Shown: in pieces, positions 28,228-37,445 of the stretch
How the letters are laid out: the number at the start of each line of letters is the position of its first letter
How positions within the stretch are numbered: the stretch's first letter is position 1
Virus record (IMG/VR): IMGVR_UViG_3300050014_000619
Source of the DNA: a virus
Direction: 5' to 3' (one strand)
DNA: 64,000 nucleotides
Translations under genes and position numbers: made by a program
Notes under the pieces: model-generated
Told to the model about the DNA's origin: nothing
What the model saw: only the letters and a program-made list of their open reading frames with translations
The model's database searches: none

Positions 28228-30069
28228 ATGGCAACAGATACAACAACAAACGTGATAAGATATGGTTCACGAACATTTGGCGAAATTCGCACAGACTTAA
28301 TTTCATTAATTAAACAAACCTACCCAGAAGTTCTTTCAGACTTTACGGATTCAAGCGTTGGTGCAATGCTTATTGATGTGAATGCAGGTATTGGTAACAA
28401 CTTGGCAATTAATACCGACAGAGCATTCCAAGAAACTCAATTGGAATACGCACAGCAACGTGCATCAATACTGAATATTGCAAAGAACATGGGTTTCAAT
28501 ATCCCAGCAAAACGTCCTTCAGTTACGGTAGTTGACTTCACAGTTACAGTGCCAGTACTTGGTGATGCTCCAGATGCAAGTTATTTTCCTGTATTAGCTG
28601 CTGGTGCACAGGTTATTGGTGGTGGTAAAATATTTGAAACAACAGATAAGATTGACTTCAGCACACCATTGAGTAATTTAGGCACACCAAATCGTGCATG
28701 GTATCCAAATAAAGACCCTAACGGTATAATTGTTAGTTACAGGGTGGTAAAAAGAGAAGTGGTGGTTAATGGTTCAAGCAATATATTTAAAAGAACAATT
28801 GCCAGCACAGACGTAGTTCCATTTTTTCAAGTAACACTGCCTGACCCAGATGTATTGGAAGTCAGTAATATTATCTTAATGGAAGGTACGAATTTTAGTT
28901 CAAACCCAACCGATGGCGATTTTAATAATCCCAGCCTTCAGTATTATGAAGTTGATGCACTTGCACAACAGAGAGTTTTCACTATTGACCCTAACAACTC
29001 CAAACCAAATGCTGATGGTATCAAAGCAGCTACTTGGATAGACGTAACGAAGAAATTCATAAAAGAATTTACACCAAATGGTTTCTGTCGTATAACCTTC
29101 GGCTCTGGAGATTCTGATGTTAATGCATTTAAACAAGGATTCTTAAAAGCAGGTGTTAGTAATATTTCATTTCTTGATAATTTCTTAAATAATACAGCTT
29201 TAGGTGAAAAGCTCAAAGCAAACTACACATTATTCATTAAATATAAAACTGGTGGTGGTAGCAATTCAAACGTTGGTGCTGCAACATTAACACAACTTGG
29301 CAATTATAATTTAACTGTTCAAGGTTCTCGTCAGGATTATAATCAATCAGTACAAAGGAGTTTAATTGTTAATAATCCAATACCTGCTATTGGTGGTAAT
29401 GATGGTCTGAGCACAGAGCAAATCAGACAATTAATTAAATACAATTTTGCTAGTCAGAACAGGGATGTTACGTTAACTGACTATCTTCTACAGCTTTACA
29501 AGATGCCCGGGCAGTTTGGTTCACCATTTCGTGCAAATGCATTTAAATTAAATAATAAAGTTGTTATTTCAATGTTAGGTATTGGTGATGATGGTAAGTT
29601 GTCAAATACCAGCAACACATTATTACTGAGCAATATCAGCGAATATCTTAGTTATTATCGAATGATTAATGATTATGTTGAAATAAAAAATGGCAAAATA
29701 TTCAATTTGGGATTTGATATTGATGTATACGTGCAGAATATCACGGATAATCAGATTGCCAATAGCATTATTAGTATAGTCAGGAACTATTTTGATATTA
29801 ACAATTACGAAATGAATCAGGATATTTTCTTGGGTCCGCTTCAAAAGCAGATTCTGTCAGCAAATGGCGTTATTAACGTTATTAATATTGTTGCATATAA
29901 TAAAGTCGGTGGTTTGTATTCAAATAATGCAATTTCTCAGGCTGTTGACCCAAATACTGGTCAAATAACATTGATTAACAATACGATTTACTCAACAGAT
30001 GATTCGATGTTTGAAATAAAATTTCCAGAAAAGGATATAAGAGTATTTTTAAGAAAGAATGTTAGTTAA
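28228..30069 (+). CDS. Baseplate wedge protein, T4 gp6 / P2 gpJ-like
   Basis: DFTDSSVG, AQQRASI..IAK.MG, GGG...NV, GG.D......IR...SQNRDVT..DY. Confidence 0.85.
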   Translation: MATDTTTNVIRYGSRTFGEIRTDLISLIKQTYPEVLSDFTDSSVGAMLIDVNAGIGNNLAINTDRAFQETQLEYAQQRASILNIAKNMGFNIPAKRPSVTVVDFTVTVPVLGDAPDASYFPVLAAGAQVIGGGKIFETTDKIDFSTPLSNLGTPNRAWYPNKDPNGIIVSYRVVKREVVVNGSSNIFKRTIASTDVVPFFQVTLPDPDVLEVSNIILMEGTNFSSNPTDGDFNNPSLQYYEVDALAQQRVFTIDPNNSKPNADGIKAATWIDVTKKFIKEFTPNGFCRITFGSGDSDVNAFKQGFLKAGVSNISFLDNFLNNTALGEKLKANYTLFIKYKTGGGSNSNVGAATLTQLGNYNLTVQGSRQDYNQSVQRSLIVNNPIPAIGGNDGLSTEQIRQLIKYNFASQNRDVTLTDYLLQLYKMPGQFGSPFRANAFKLNNKVVISMLGIGDDGKLSNTSNTLLLSNISEYLSYYRMINDYVEIKNGKIFNLGFDIDVYVQNITDNQIANSIISIVRNYFDINNYEMNQDIFLGPLQKQILSANGVINVINIVAYNKVGGLYSNNAISQAVDPNTGQITLINNTIYSTDDSMFEIKFPEKDIRVFLRKNVS

Positions 30070-30902
30070 TGGAATTCATAAAGAAAAAAATACTGCGCAT
30101 AATGACGACAGGAACTACCACTGGTTGTACCGTTACTGGTATGACTACATATCAAGTTCCCAGCGAAAATCTTTATTATACTAAATTTGGTTGTACAAAG
30201 AATACAATTATTCCAGTAACAAATTCAGGCTTTACATATGGCTTTCAGATTTTATTAACACAAAATATCACAGATATTGGATTTCTTGATGCATATCTGG
30301 TAGATGCTCCATATGATTACATCAATATTGCAGCAACACCTGATGGTTTGAACAAATTTAAAAAGTTCCTCAGTGGTGGTACAACACTTGCTGCAAGTGG
30401 ATTAATAATCAGTCATTCGAATGGCAATATTACTGGCACAACAGTACCAAACATTCCATATACAGTAACTGGTGTTTCTTCAAGCCGTTTACCTGAATTA
30501 CGTAAATATAGTACAAGTCCAGTTTTCACCAATCAATATTTTGGTGGTGGAAGTCCAACAGTTGATGGTGTTGATTTTCCTAATTCAAATCCCCTCACAC
30601 GAATTGTTTATTATCTCGGTGGAATTCAATATGTTGATTTATTAACTGGTTTTACTTCTGGCACAACATATAGTTTTGCTGGTGTAGGATATAATAGTCC
30701 GAATTTTATTAATAAACCTCTTTATAAGAATCCTAACAAAGAAAATATTATCAGCAACCCAAAAATTAACGATGATGTATTTATAGTAAGACAAGAAGTA
30801 TCAGCATTTGATTCGAATTACAGATTGGAGTACATAAAAAACATGATTGATTTGGAAACATATGCTGGTGGTAATTTCTTTAAAATAGTAAAAAATAGTT
30901 AA
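30069..30902 (+). CDS. Putative baseplate/virion structural protein
   Basis: 277 aa, Thr/Gly-rich; coupled to the gp6-like gene. Confidence 0.55.
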   Translation: MEFIKKKILRIMTTGTTTGCTVTGMTTYQVPSENLYYTKFGCTKNTIIPVTNSGFTYGFQILLTQNITDIGFLDAYLVDAPYDYINIAATPDGLNKFKKFLSGGTTLAASGLIISHSNGNITGTTVPNIPYTVTGVSSSRLPELRKYSTSPVFTNQYFGGGSPTVDGVDFPNSNPLTRIVYYLGGIQYVDLLTGFTSGTTYSFAGVGYNSPNFINKPLYKNPNKENIISNPKINDDVFIVRQEVSAFDSNYRLEYIKNMIDLETYAGGNFFKIVKNS

Positions 30903-30904
30903 TT

Positions 30905-31840
30905 ATGACAAACCAATATTGTGAATCGGAAATTAATGAAATAATATCATTATATTCATCTGGAATGTCATTATCAAAAATGCGTGAAATTTTAAAAAGA
31001 AAAAAGGATAACATAAAGAAAATACTTATTGAAAATAACGTTTGGGTTGAAGAGAGAGATGTTCTAAAAAAATCATTTAATGAAAAGGAAATAATTTTAA
31101 TTAAGAAAATGTATTTAAATGAAAATCTTAGCACACAAAAAATAGCAAATAATTTTAATGTTAGTAAAGAACCAATAACACGAATATTGAAAGAACTACA
31201 GATATTAAGAAGAGGTAATAGTAGTGGTATTAAAATTAATTTAACTGAAAAACAAAAAGAAAACATAAAAAATTTATATTTAAATGAATATAAAAGTGTA
31301 AAAGAAATTGGGAAAATTATTGGTTGTTCGGATAATTTTATTAGTAAATATTTAGCAAAAAATAAATTATTAAGAAGTAGAGGTGAAGCAACCACATTAT
31401 CAAAAACAGGAAAAAAACTTTCAGAAAAAACAATAAAAAATATGAAACAAGGACAAAGAAATTTAGTCCTTAGTGGTAAGAGAAAACAAACTGGAGGTGT
31501 CTGTAAAACGTTTATTGTTGAAAATTTAACTTGTAAAGGTACATATGAAAAATCATATATTGAGTATTTATTAAAAAATAATAAAATATTGCCAGAAAAT
31601 TGTAATATGATTATGACTCCGCATGGTGGATATTATCCAGATTTTAAATATCCTAATAAATTTATTGAAATAAAATCTCCATATACGTATGATATTTTAT
31701 TGGGAATTAAAAAAAGTCGTTGGAGTAACCAATATGATTATAAACAATTAAAAAAAATAAAATGGGTTAATGAAAATATTATGCCTGTTGAAATTGTAGT
31801 TTTTGTTAAAAATAATATTATGAAAATTAATACTCTATAA
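30905..31840 (+). CDS. Putative homing endonuclease (three HTH repeats, NUMOD3-like motif, PD-(D/E)xK nuclease)
   Basis: Repeated IxxLY..E..S...I HTH units; YYPDF...IEIKS; very AT-rich. Confidence 0.72.
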   Translation: MTNQYCESEINEIISLYSSGMSLSKMREILKRKKDNIKKILIENNVWVEERDVLKKSFNEKEIILIKKMYLNENLSTQKIANNFNVSKEPITRILKELQILRRGNSSGIKINLTEKQKENIKNLYLNEYKSVKEIGKIIGCSDNFISKYLAKNKLLRSRGEATTLSKTGKKLSEKTIKNMKQGQRNLVLSGKRKQTGGVCKTFIVENLTCKGTYEKSYIEYLLKNNKILPENCNMIMTPHGGYYPDFKYPNKFIEIKSPYTYDILLGIKKSRWSNQYDYKQLKKIKWVNENIMPVEIVVFVKNNIMKINTL

Positions 31841-31841
31841 C

Positions 31842-32774
31842 GTGGCAGTTGGCACAATAGGCATAGTAAGACCCGCAGACGTTAGTATCGATGATATTGA
31901 CATGTATTACAATTATACTCCGAACAGGCAAACAAGCAACACTGTAATGCTTCCATTGGTAGCAACAGAAATATTATCATATGCTTATTTACCAGATGCA
32001 GACCCTCTTCGTCAACCAGTAACTAACCAGAGTTTACTTGAAAATTCCAACATATTGGAAGGAATTTATAATCTAAGATTGCCAGCATCAATTTTTAATC
32101 AATTGGGAATTTACACAATTTACATCAAACCCAAAACATATAAATTACAAATTACCGATTGTAGCGTATTATCATCACTTCCAAGCGTTAATGGTATTAC
32201 AATTAATGTGAATGATCTGCCTACGACCTTACAAGCCAATAATGCCTTACAGGGATTTAAGGTTGAATATCTTAATGCCGATGGTACTAAATTAAGAAAT
32301 GTGGTTAGATATGTTGTTACTTCAAATAAAGTCGTTCCAGTAAATGAAAATATTGGTAATACTACGCAAAAAGCCACACGTTATCGTTTTGATGATACTG
32401 GTAGTCTGATATTTTTACAATTAACTCCAAGTAGTTCATCAGATGTGAAGCCTAATGTGTTGCCATTTATTGGCAATCCAACAGGAATTATTTTATTATC
32501 AAATACTTTCTTTTCACCACTTGCAGTTGAAGTTGAAATGGTTGATACAACTCTTGAAACACTTGCTGATATCGTTGCTGGTGAGCAAATGAAAGATGTT
32601 CAGAATGGTATTTTGACATACTATGATAAGAACAGAAATATAATCAAACAGTTCAATTTATTTGAAGCAAAAGATCAAGTTACGAACGTACCAGTATATG
32701 AATTAAAAGAATTACGAGACACTATTGATACAACACAAGATATTACTACCGTATTGGGTGAAATACCACAATAA
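31842..32774 (+). CDS. Putative virion structural protein
   Basis: 310 aa; GTG start; lies within the baseplate cluster. Confidence 0.55.
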   Translation: MAVGTIGIVRPADVSIDDIDMYYNYTPNRQTSNTVMLPLVATEILSYAYLPDADPLRQPVTNQSLLENSNILEGIYNLRLPASIFNQLGIYTIYIKPKTYKLQITDCSVLSSLPSVNGITINVNDLPTTLQANNALQGFKVEYLNADGTKLRNVVRYVVTSNKVVPVNENIGNTTQKATRYRFDDTGSLIFLQLTPSSSSDVKPNVLPFIGNPTGIILLSNTFFSPLAVEVEMVDTTLETLADIVAGEQMKDVQNGILTYYDKNRNIIKQFNLFEAKDQVTNVPVYELKELRDTIDTTQDITTVLGEIPQ

Positions 32775-32799
32775 TTTTCCGTTGCGCAATTCAAATGCT

Positions 32800-32835
32800 A
32801 AAAAATTCCAATTCATGAGATTGGGATTTTTTTTT
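32800..32835 (+). terminator. Intrinsic terminator
   Basis: AAAAATTCCAAT-loop-ATTGGGATTTTTTTTT. Confidence 0.75.
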
Positions 32836-32838
32836 GTC

Positions 32839-32847
32839 GTATTTATA
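32839..32847 (+). promoter_or_regulatory. GTATTTATA putative late-promoter motif
   Basis: 25 nt before the GTG at 32864. Confidence 0.7.
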
Positions 32848-32863
32848 GTAAAATGTAAATCTT

Positions 32864-35800
32864 GTGGCAAATTTAGTAAAGGTAGTAAATAACAATCTTG
32901 ATCAGAACCTGAACGGAACGAATTTCACTCATACTGCATCAGAAACTATATTCACGTTTGGTGACTTTGCAGTTACATCGAACTTCGAAGGTAGAAAATT
33001 TATTGATTATACAAATACTCTTAGCTCATTTGTGCGTCCAGTTACTCTTGAAACTCTGGGCGTAACATCTGGACAATCTGCAATTATGGATTTATTTACT
33101 AATAATGCAGTGCTGAATCTCGATAGGTCTGACTTAAATACTTTTGTTAAATTTGGTAGTGCATATGAATTCCTTAGAGTGTCAATACAAAACATCATTG
33201 TAGCCTACCCGGGCAGCGTCTTCGCAAATTCTCAAACCAATAAAGTAAAACAAGCAACATTTACTAATTTCACCTATGACGTTGTTACAAATGTTTCAAC
33301 ATTTAGAGTACCAACAGGAATGACAGTTAACACGTTTGGAATAATAACAAACTTTGGAAATATGAGTATTCCTGACGGACAGCAGATAAAGAACCTGAAC
33401 GTTTCATATAATAATTATATTGTCTGGTCGGCTTTAGCACCAAGTGGAAACTCTTTTACTATAATTGGATATACAGGAAATACAGCAAGTAGAAAATATT
33501 TAACAATTAAAACAACTGGTAATCCATTTCCATATAATACTGGAAGCACTGGTTCATTTGATTTTCACATCAAGCCAAGTAGTGCAGTATTTGAAGAGTT
33601 CAGAGCAACACTGAGTGATTATGAAAGATATATTGTTTCACAGAGAAATGGTACGGATGGCTTTATGTTTACCATGAAAGACCCAACATTACTCGATGAT
33701 GGCTCAATTGTATATTCAGACACCCAGATTGTTTGGACAACTGGTGATAAATATAATATCGATACAAATACACCAAAGTATAGAAACTTTTTAAGTGCTG
33801 TTCTGGGCATTGGTAATAAGTATGATACAATAAAAACAGATTTAATTGCAAGATTCCTGACTCCTGCATCACTCAAAACATATGACCTTACTGAAGAAGG
33901 TAAGATGACAAAATTATTGAGAATTTATGGTAGGGAATTTGATCAATTAAAGCAATTTATTGATTCTCTGGTTGATATTAATCGTGTAACATATGATAAG
34001 ATTAACAACGTACCAGATCAGCTTATAAGTAATATGGCAAGAACATTTGGATGGAATTACTTTTCATTGGTTAATGAAAATGAATTAGTTCAGAGCTTCT
34101 TAACCATTAGTGATGCTGAAAGAAATTTAAAACAAGATTTATTACCTGCGGAAATTGACATAGAACTTTGGAGAAGAATCTTATTGAATACCAGTTATTT
34201 CTGGAAGTCAAAGGGCACACGTGAAGCAATTAAATCAATGTTCCTGCTTATTGGTATCCCCGAACCTTTTATAAACATTACCGAATATGTATATACAGTT
34301 GAAGGCAAGATTGACCCAAACACTGTTGGTCTGACCCTTGCAGATTTTCCTTCAAATTCATTACCGTATGATACAGATGGTTATCCTCAAGCACCATTAG
34401 AAACTTCAGATTTTTTCTTTCAGATTAGTGGTGATACTGATGCTGGTCAGCATTACATGGATGTATTTCGTACTGCTGGTTTTGATTTAAGACAAAATGT
34501 TGATAATAGAAAATCTTGGGTACAAGCAGGTGCTGTTACAAGAGTTGATAGCACTACACCACAATATTTTCAACAGGATAGTAAATTGGTATTAAATACT
34601 AAAGAGGTTGATATTGCACTCGATACTGCACGTGGAATTGAATTTGATGTATACGATTATATTAATGGCATAGATTTTCCAGCTAACTCAAGCGGTTTTA
34701 CATTGCCTTTTTCATATGTTAATATTTCTTTGGGAGTAAGTGCAACACAAAGTACATTTAATCTTCCAGCTAAAACACAGGGTGACTTTGAAGTTCGTTA
34801 CAATGGTATTTTATTAAACGCACCAAAGACAGGGAGTACAACTGGTATTAGTACACAAGCTGATTATAGTATAAACTATATTGCTAATACCTTTACAATA
34901 ACAAATCCAGCCATAAACACTGGCAATCGCAGGGATGTAATTCAAGTAACATATATTTATTCGGGTAACACTCATCCAGTTAGTGGAATAACAGTTGAAT
35001 ATATTGTAACTCGTGTTAGTGCAAATCCAAGTGGTACGGCTATTCCTTTACCAAGTTTTCCACGTGGTGACGTACAGGTAACAATTAATGGTATTGCTCT
35101 TACTAAAGGTACACCGCAATTCGCAGCAGATTATGTTGTTGACCCAGCAAACACAAGTGGTTCAAGCCAAATTATCATAACAAATACCGATTTAATTAAT
35201 TATTTAACAATTAATCCCGATATTCAGGTAGCATATGTTCAGGTGGTTGGCAGCAATGATATAAATGCAAGAAGTGAAGTCGTGAGAATTGATAGTTTTA
35301 ATAGTAGTAAAATATATTTTAATAATAGTGCAAATAAATATGTTTATAAGCTCAATTATAAAGCAAATAATGCATCTGAAATTAAGGTACTTATAGATGG
35401 TATTGCATTAGAGCCATATACGGACTACGATATAAACATACAAAATCAATATGAAGTATTCCTACCAAAAGGTCTGAGGTATGGTACGATTATTAGTGTA
35501 TATTATCTCGTTGCTCTTAGTTCATTTTTTACTCCAATTGTAGGAAACACATTTGGCGTTGGCGATATAAGTACTTTATCATTTTTGGAATTTATTGAAT
35601 TGATTCAGAGAAAAATGATAAATGCAAGAACCAGAAAAACTGTTACGGATTTTAAAGGTGGTTGGTATCCTTCATTATTAAATGTTTATATTCAATATCT
35701 TAAAAGAGGTTTATTACCAGAAAGTGATCCCCTGCATTCAAATGGTTATACTTTTGAAAATCTTTATGGTTTTCTTAGTAAATATAATTCTTTCTTTCAG

Positions 35801-37405
35801 AGATTTGTTGATAAATTACTTTCAGCAACGATTATTTTAAAAGAAAGCGGACTTTTAATTAGAAATACTGTTTTCACAAAACAAAAATTCACATATAAAA
35901 GAGGTGTGAATCTTTATTCTGGTGGTTCTTCAACTATTGATCTCAGAGGTAATGCAATGCTTCAGTATTTAGGTGATGATGGCAGCACATTTCAAATTTT
36001 ACAAGGCGCACCAGCACCTTCAGCAACAATACCTACTGTGATAACAAGTAATATAATAAATATAACTCAAACTGGAGCAACAGGCGGTGGTAATGTTACA
36101 TCAAACGGTGGATCACTCGTAACTTCACGTGGAATTTGCTGGGATACAGTACCAGCACCAACAATTGGTGATAGTAAAACAATTAACGGTAATGGGGTTG
36201 GTGTATTTACCAGTACATTAACTGGATTATTACCGAACACCAGATATTATGTGAGGGCATATGCAATAAATGTTATTGGCGTAGCATATGGTAACGAAAT
36301 TAGTTTCTTAACTGCAGATATAGTACCAGCACCTATGATTTTAACAAAACCTGCAAGTAGTTTTGCACAGACCACAATTACTAATACTGGTGGTTATGGT
36401 ATTACTGGTTTTACTGGTATTGATTATTATGCAATGCAATATGCATTTAGTTCAATTACACCTATATGGCAGTTGTCACCTCCAGCACCATTAGTAGGAC
36501 CGCTCGGAGTTAATAATTTTACTTTGAGTATTAGTGCTTTAGCACCAAATACAGATTATATGTATCGTGCATATATGGTTGTAAACGGAAGTCCATTCTA
36601 TGGAAATATATTAAACGTACATACTTTATCGTTCACACCTACATTACCTGTAGTTACAACAGCAGCAGTAACATCTATAACAACAAGTGATGCAACTACT
36701 GGTGGTGATGTAACATCAAGCGGTACTGATGCATCTGGCAATCCTGAAACAGTTACTGAACGTGGTATTGTATATGGATTAGCACCAAACCCAACAACAG
36801 GAAATACAAAAATCATTAGTGGTAGTGGTTTAGGTGCATTTGTGGTTAATTTAACTGGATTAGTATCAAATACAACATATTTTGTAAGAGCATATGCTAT
36901 TAATGGTGCTGGACTTGTATACGGAAATCAAATTACTTTTACAACTGTGGCATTACCAGTATTTAATATTGGTATTGTTCGTACTGGTAGTGGCGGTACT
37001 GGCGGTGGCGCACAAAGCAATGGTACTATAAATCCAAGTCCAGCATTAAGTGCAGGTCAAACCATTACATTAAGTCTTAATATTTGTCATGTAATATTTG
37101 GTACAACTTTTGGTCAGAATTTAACAACAATTTATTGTAGTACAAATAATGGAGCAACTTATAGTATTATAAGTCCGTCACCATTTACTACTAATTCTCC
37201 ATCATCACCATATCCAAATAGAAATGTATCACAACACACTTTAGGTGTTACTTTACATCAGAATGAAAGATTGTGCTATGTTAATCAAGTAGGATCAGCA
37301 ATGAACAGTACGGGCACTTGTGCTTGTTTGAGTATATCATCATACAGTAATAGTGGAAACATTAGTGTTATTGTAAGCAGTAATTGTGATTGTATTGTTA
37401 TTTAA
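32864..37405 (+). CDS. Large baseplate protein (gp7 / P2 gpI-like module) with Ig-like and FN3 repeats
   Basis: WRRILLN...KSKGTREAI; VxxNG repeats; FN3 units ending YYVRAYAxN. Confidence 0.7.
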   Translation: MANLVKVVNNNLDQNLNGTNFTHTASETIFTFGDFAVTSNFEGRKFIDYTNTLSSFVRPVTLETLGVTSGQSAIMDLFTNNAVLNLDRSDLNTFVKFGSAYEFLRVSIQNIIVAYPGSVFANSQTNKVKQATFTNFTYDVVTNVSTFRVPTGMTVNTFGIITNFGNMSIPDGQQIKNLNVSYNNYIVWSALAPSGNSFTIIGYTGNTASRKYLTIKTTGNPFPYNTGSTGSFDFHIKPSSAVFEEFRATLSDYERYIVSQRNGTDGFMFTMKDPTLLDDGSIVYSDTQIVWTTGDKYNIDTNTPKYRNFLSAVLGIGNKYDTIKTDLIARFLTPASLKTYDLTEEGKMTKLLRIYGREFDQLKQFIDSLVDINRVTYDKINNVPDQLISNMARTFGWNYFSLVNENELVQSFLTISDAERNLKQDLLPAEIDIELWRRILLNTSYFWKSKGTREAIKSMFLLIGIPEPFINITEYVYTVEGKIDPNTVGLTLADFPSNSLPYDTDGYPQAPLETSDFFFQISGDTDAGQHYMDVFRTAGFDLRQNVDNRKSWVQAGAVTRVDSTTPQYFQQDSKLVLNTKEVDIALDTARGIEFDVYDYINGIDFPANSSGFTLPFSYVNISLGVSATQSTFNLPAKTQGDFEVRYNGILLNAPKTGSTTGISTQADYSINYIANTFTITNPAINTGNRRDVIQVTYIYSGNTHPVSGITVEYIVTRVSANPSGTAIPLPSFPRGDVQVTINGIALTKGTPQFAADYVVDPANTSGSSQIIITNTDLINYLTINPDIQVAYVQVVGSNDINARSEVVRIDSFNSSKIYFNNSANKYVYKLNYKANNASEIKVLIDGIALEPYTDYDINIQNQYEVFLPKGLRYGTIISVYYLVALSSFFTPIVGNTFGVGDISTLSFLEFIELIQRKMINARTRKTVTDFKGGWYPSLLNVYIQYLKRGLLPESDPLHSNGYTFENLYGFLSKYNSFFQRFVDKLLSATIILKESGLLIRNTVFTKQKFTYKRGVNLYSGGSSTIDLRGNAMLQYLGDDGSTFQILQGAPAPSATIPTVITSNIINITQTGATGGGNVTSNGGSLVTSRGICWDTVPAPTIGDSKTINGNGVGVFTSTLTGLLPNTRYYVRAYAINVIGVAYGNEISFLTADIVPAPMILTKPASSFAQTTITNTGGYGITGFTGIDYYAMQYAFSSITPIWQLSPPAPLVGPLGVNNFTLSISALAPNTDYMYRAYMVVNGSPFYGNILNVHTLSFTPTLPVVTTAAVTSITTSDATTGGDVTSSGTDASGNPETVTERGIVYGLAPNPTTGNTKIISGSGLGAFVVNLTGLVSNTTYFVRAYAINGAGLVYGNQITFTTVALPVFNIGIVRTGSGGTGGGAQSNGTINPSPALSAGQTITLSLNICHVIFGTTFGQNLTTIYCSTNNGATYSIISPSPFTTNSPSSPYPNRNVSQHTLGVTLHQNERLCYVNQVGSAMNSTGTCACLSISSYSNSGNISVIVSSNCDCIVI

Positions 37406-37419
37406 AAATTATATTATTA

Positions 37420-37428
37420 GTATTTATA
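37420..37428 (+). promoter_or_regulatory. GTATTTATA putative late-promoter motif
   Basis: 26 nt before the ATG at 37446. Confidence 0.7.
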
Positions 37429-37445
37429 TTTAAATTGTTGTAAAA

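Noticed and set aside
30777-30785. GTATTTATA inside the 30069 gene as promoter of the downstream endonuclease
   Set aside because: It is 128 nt from the next start, far outside the usual 22-31 nt, and could be a coding coincidence (DVFIV)
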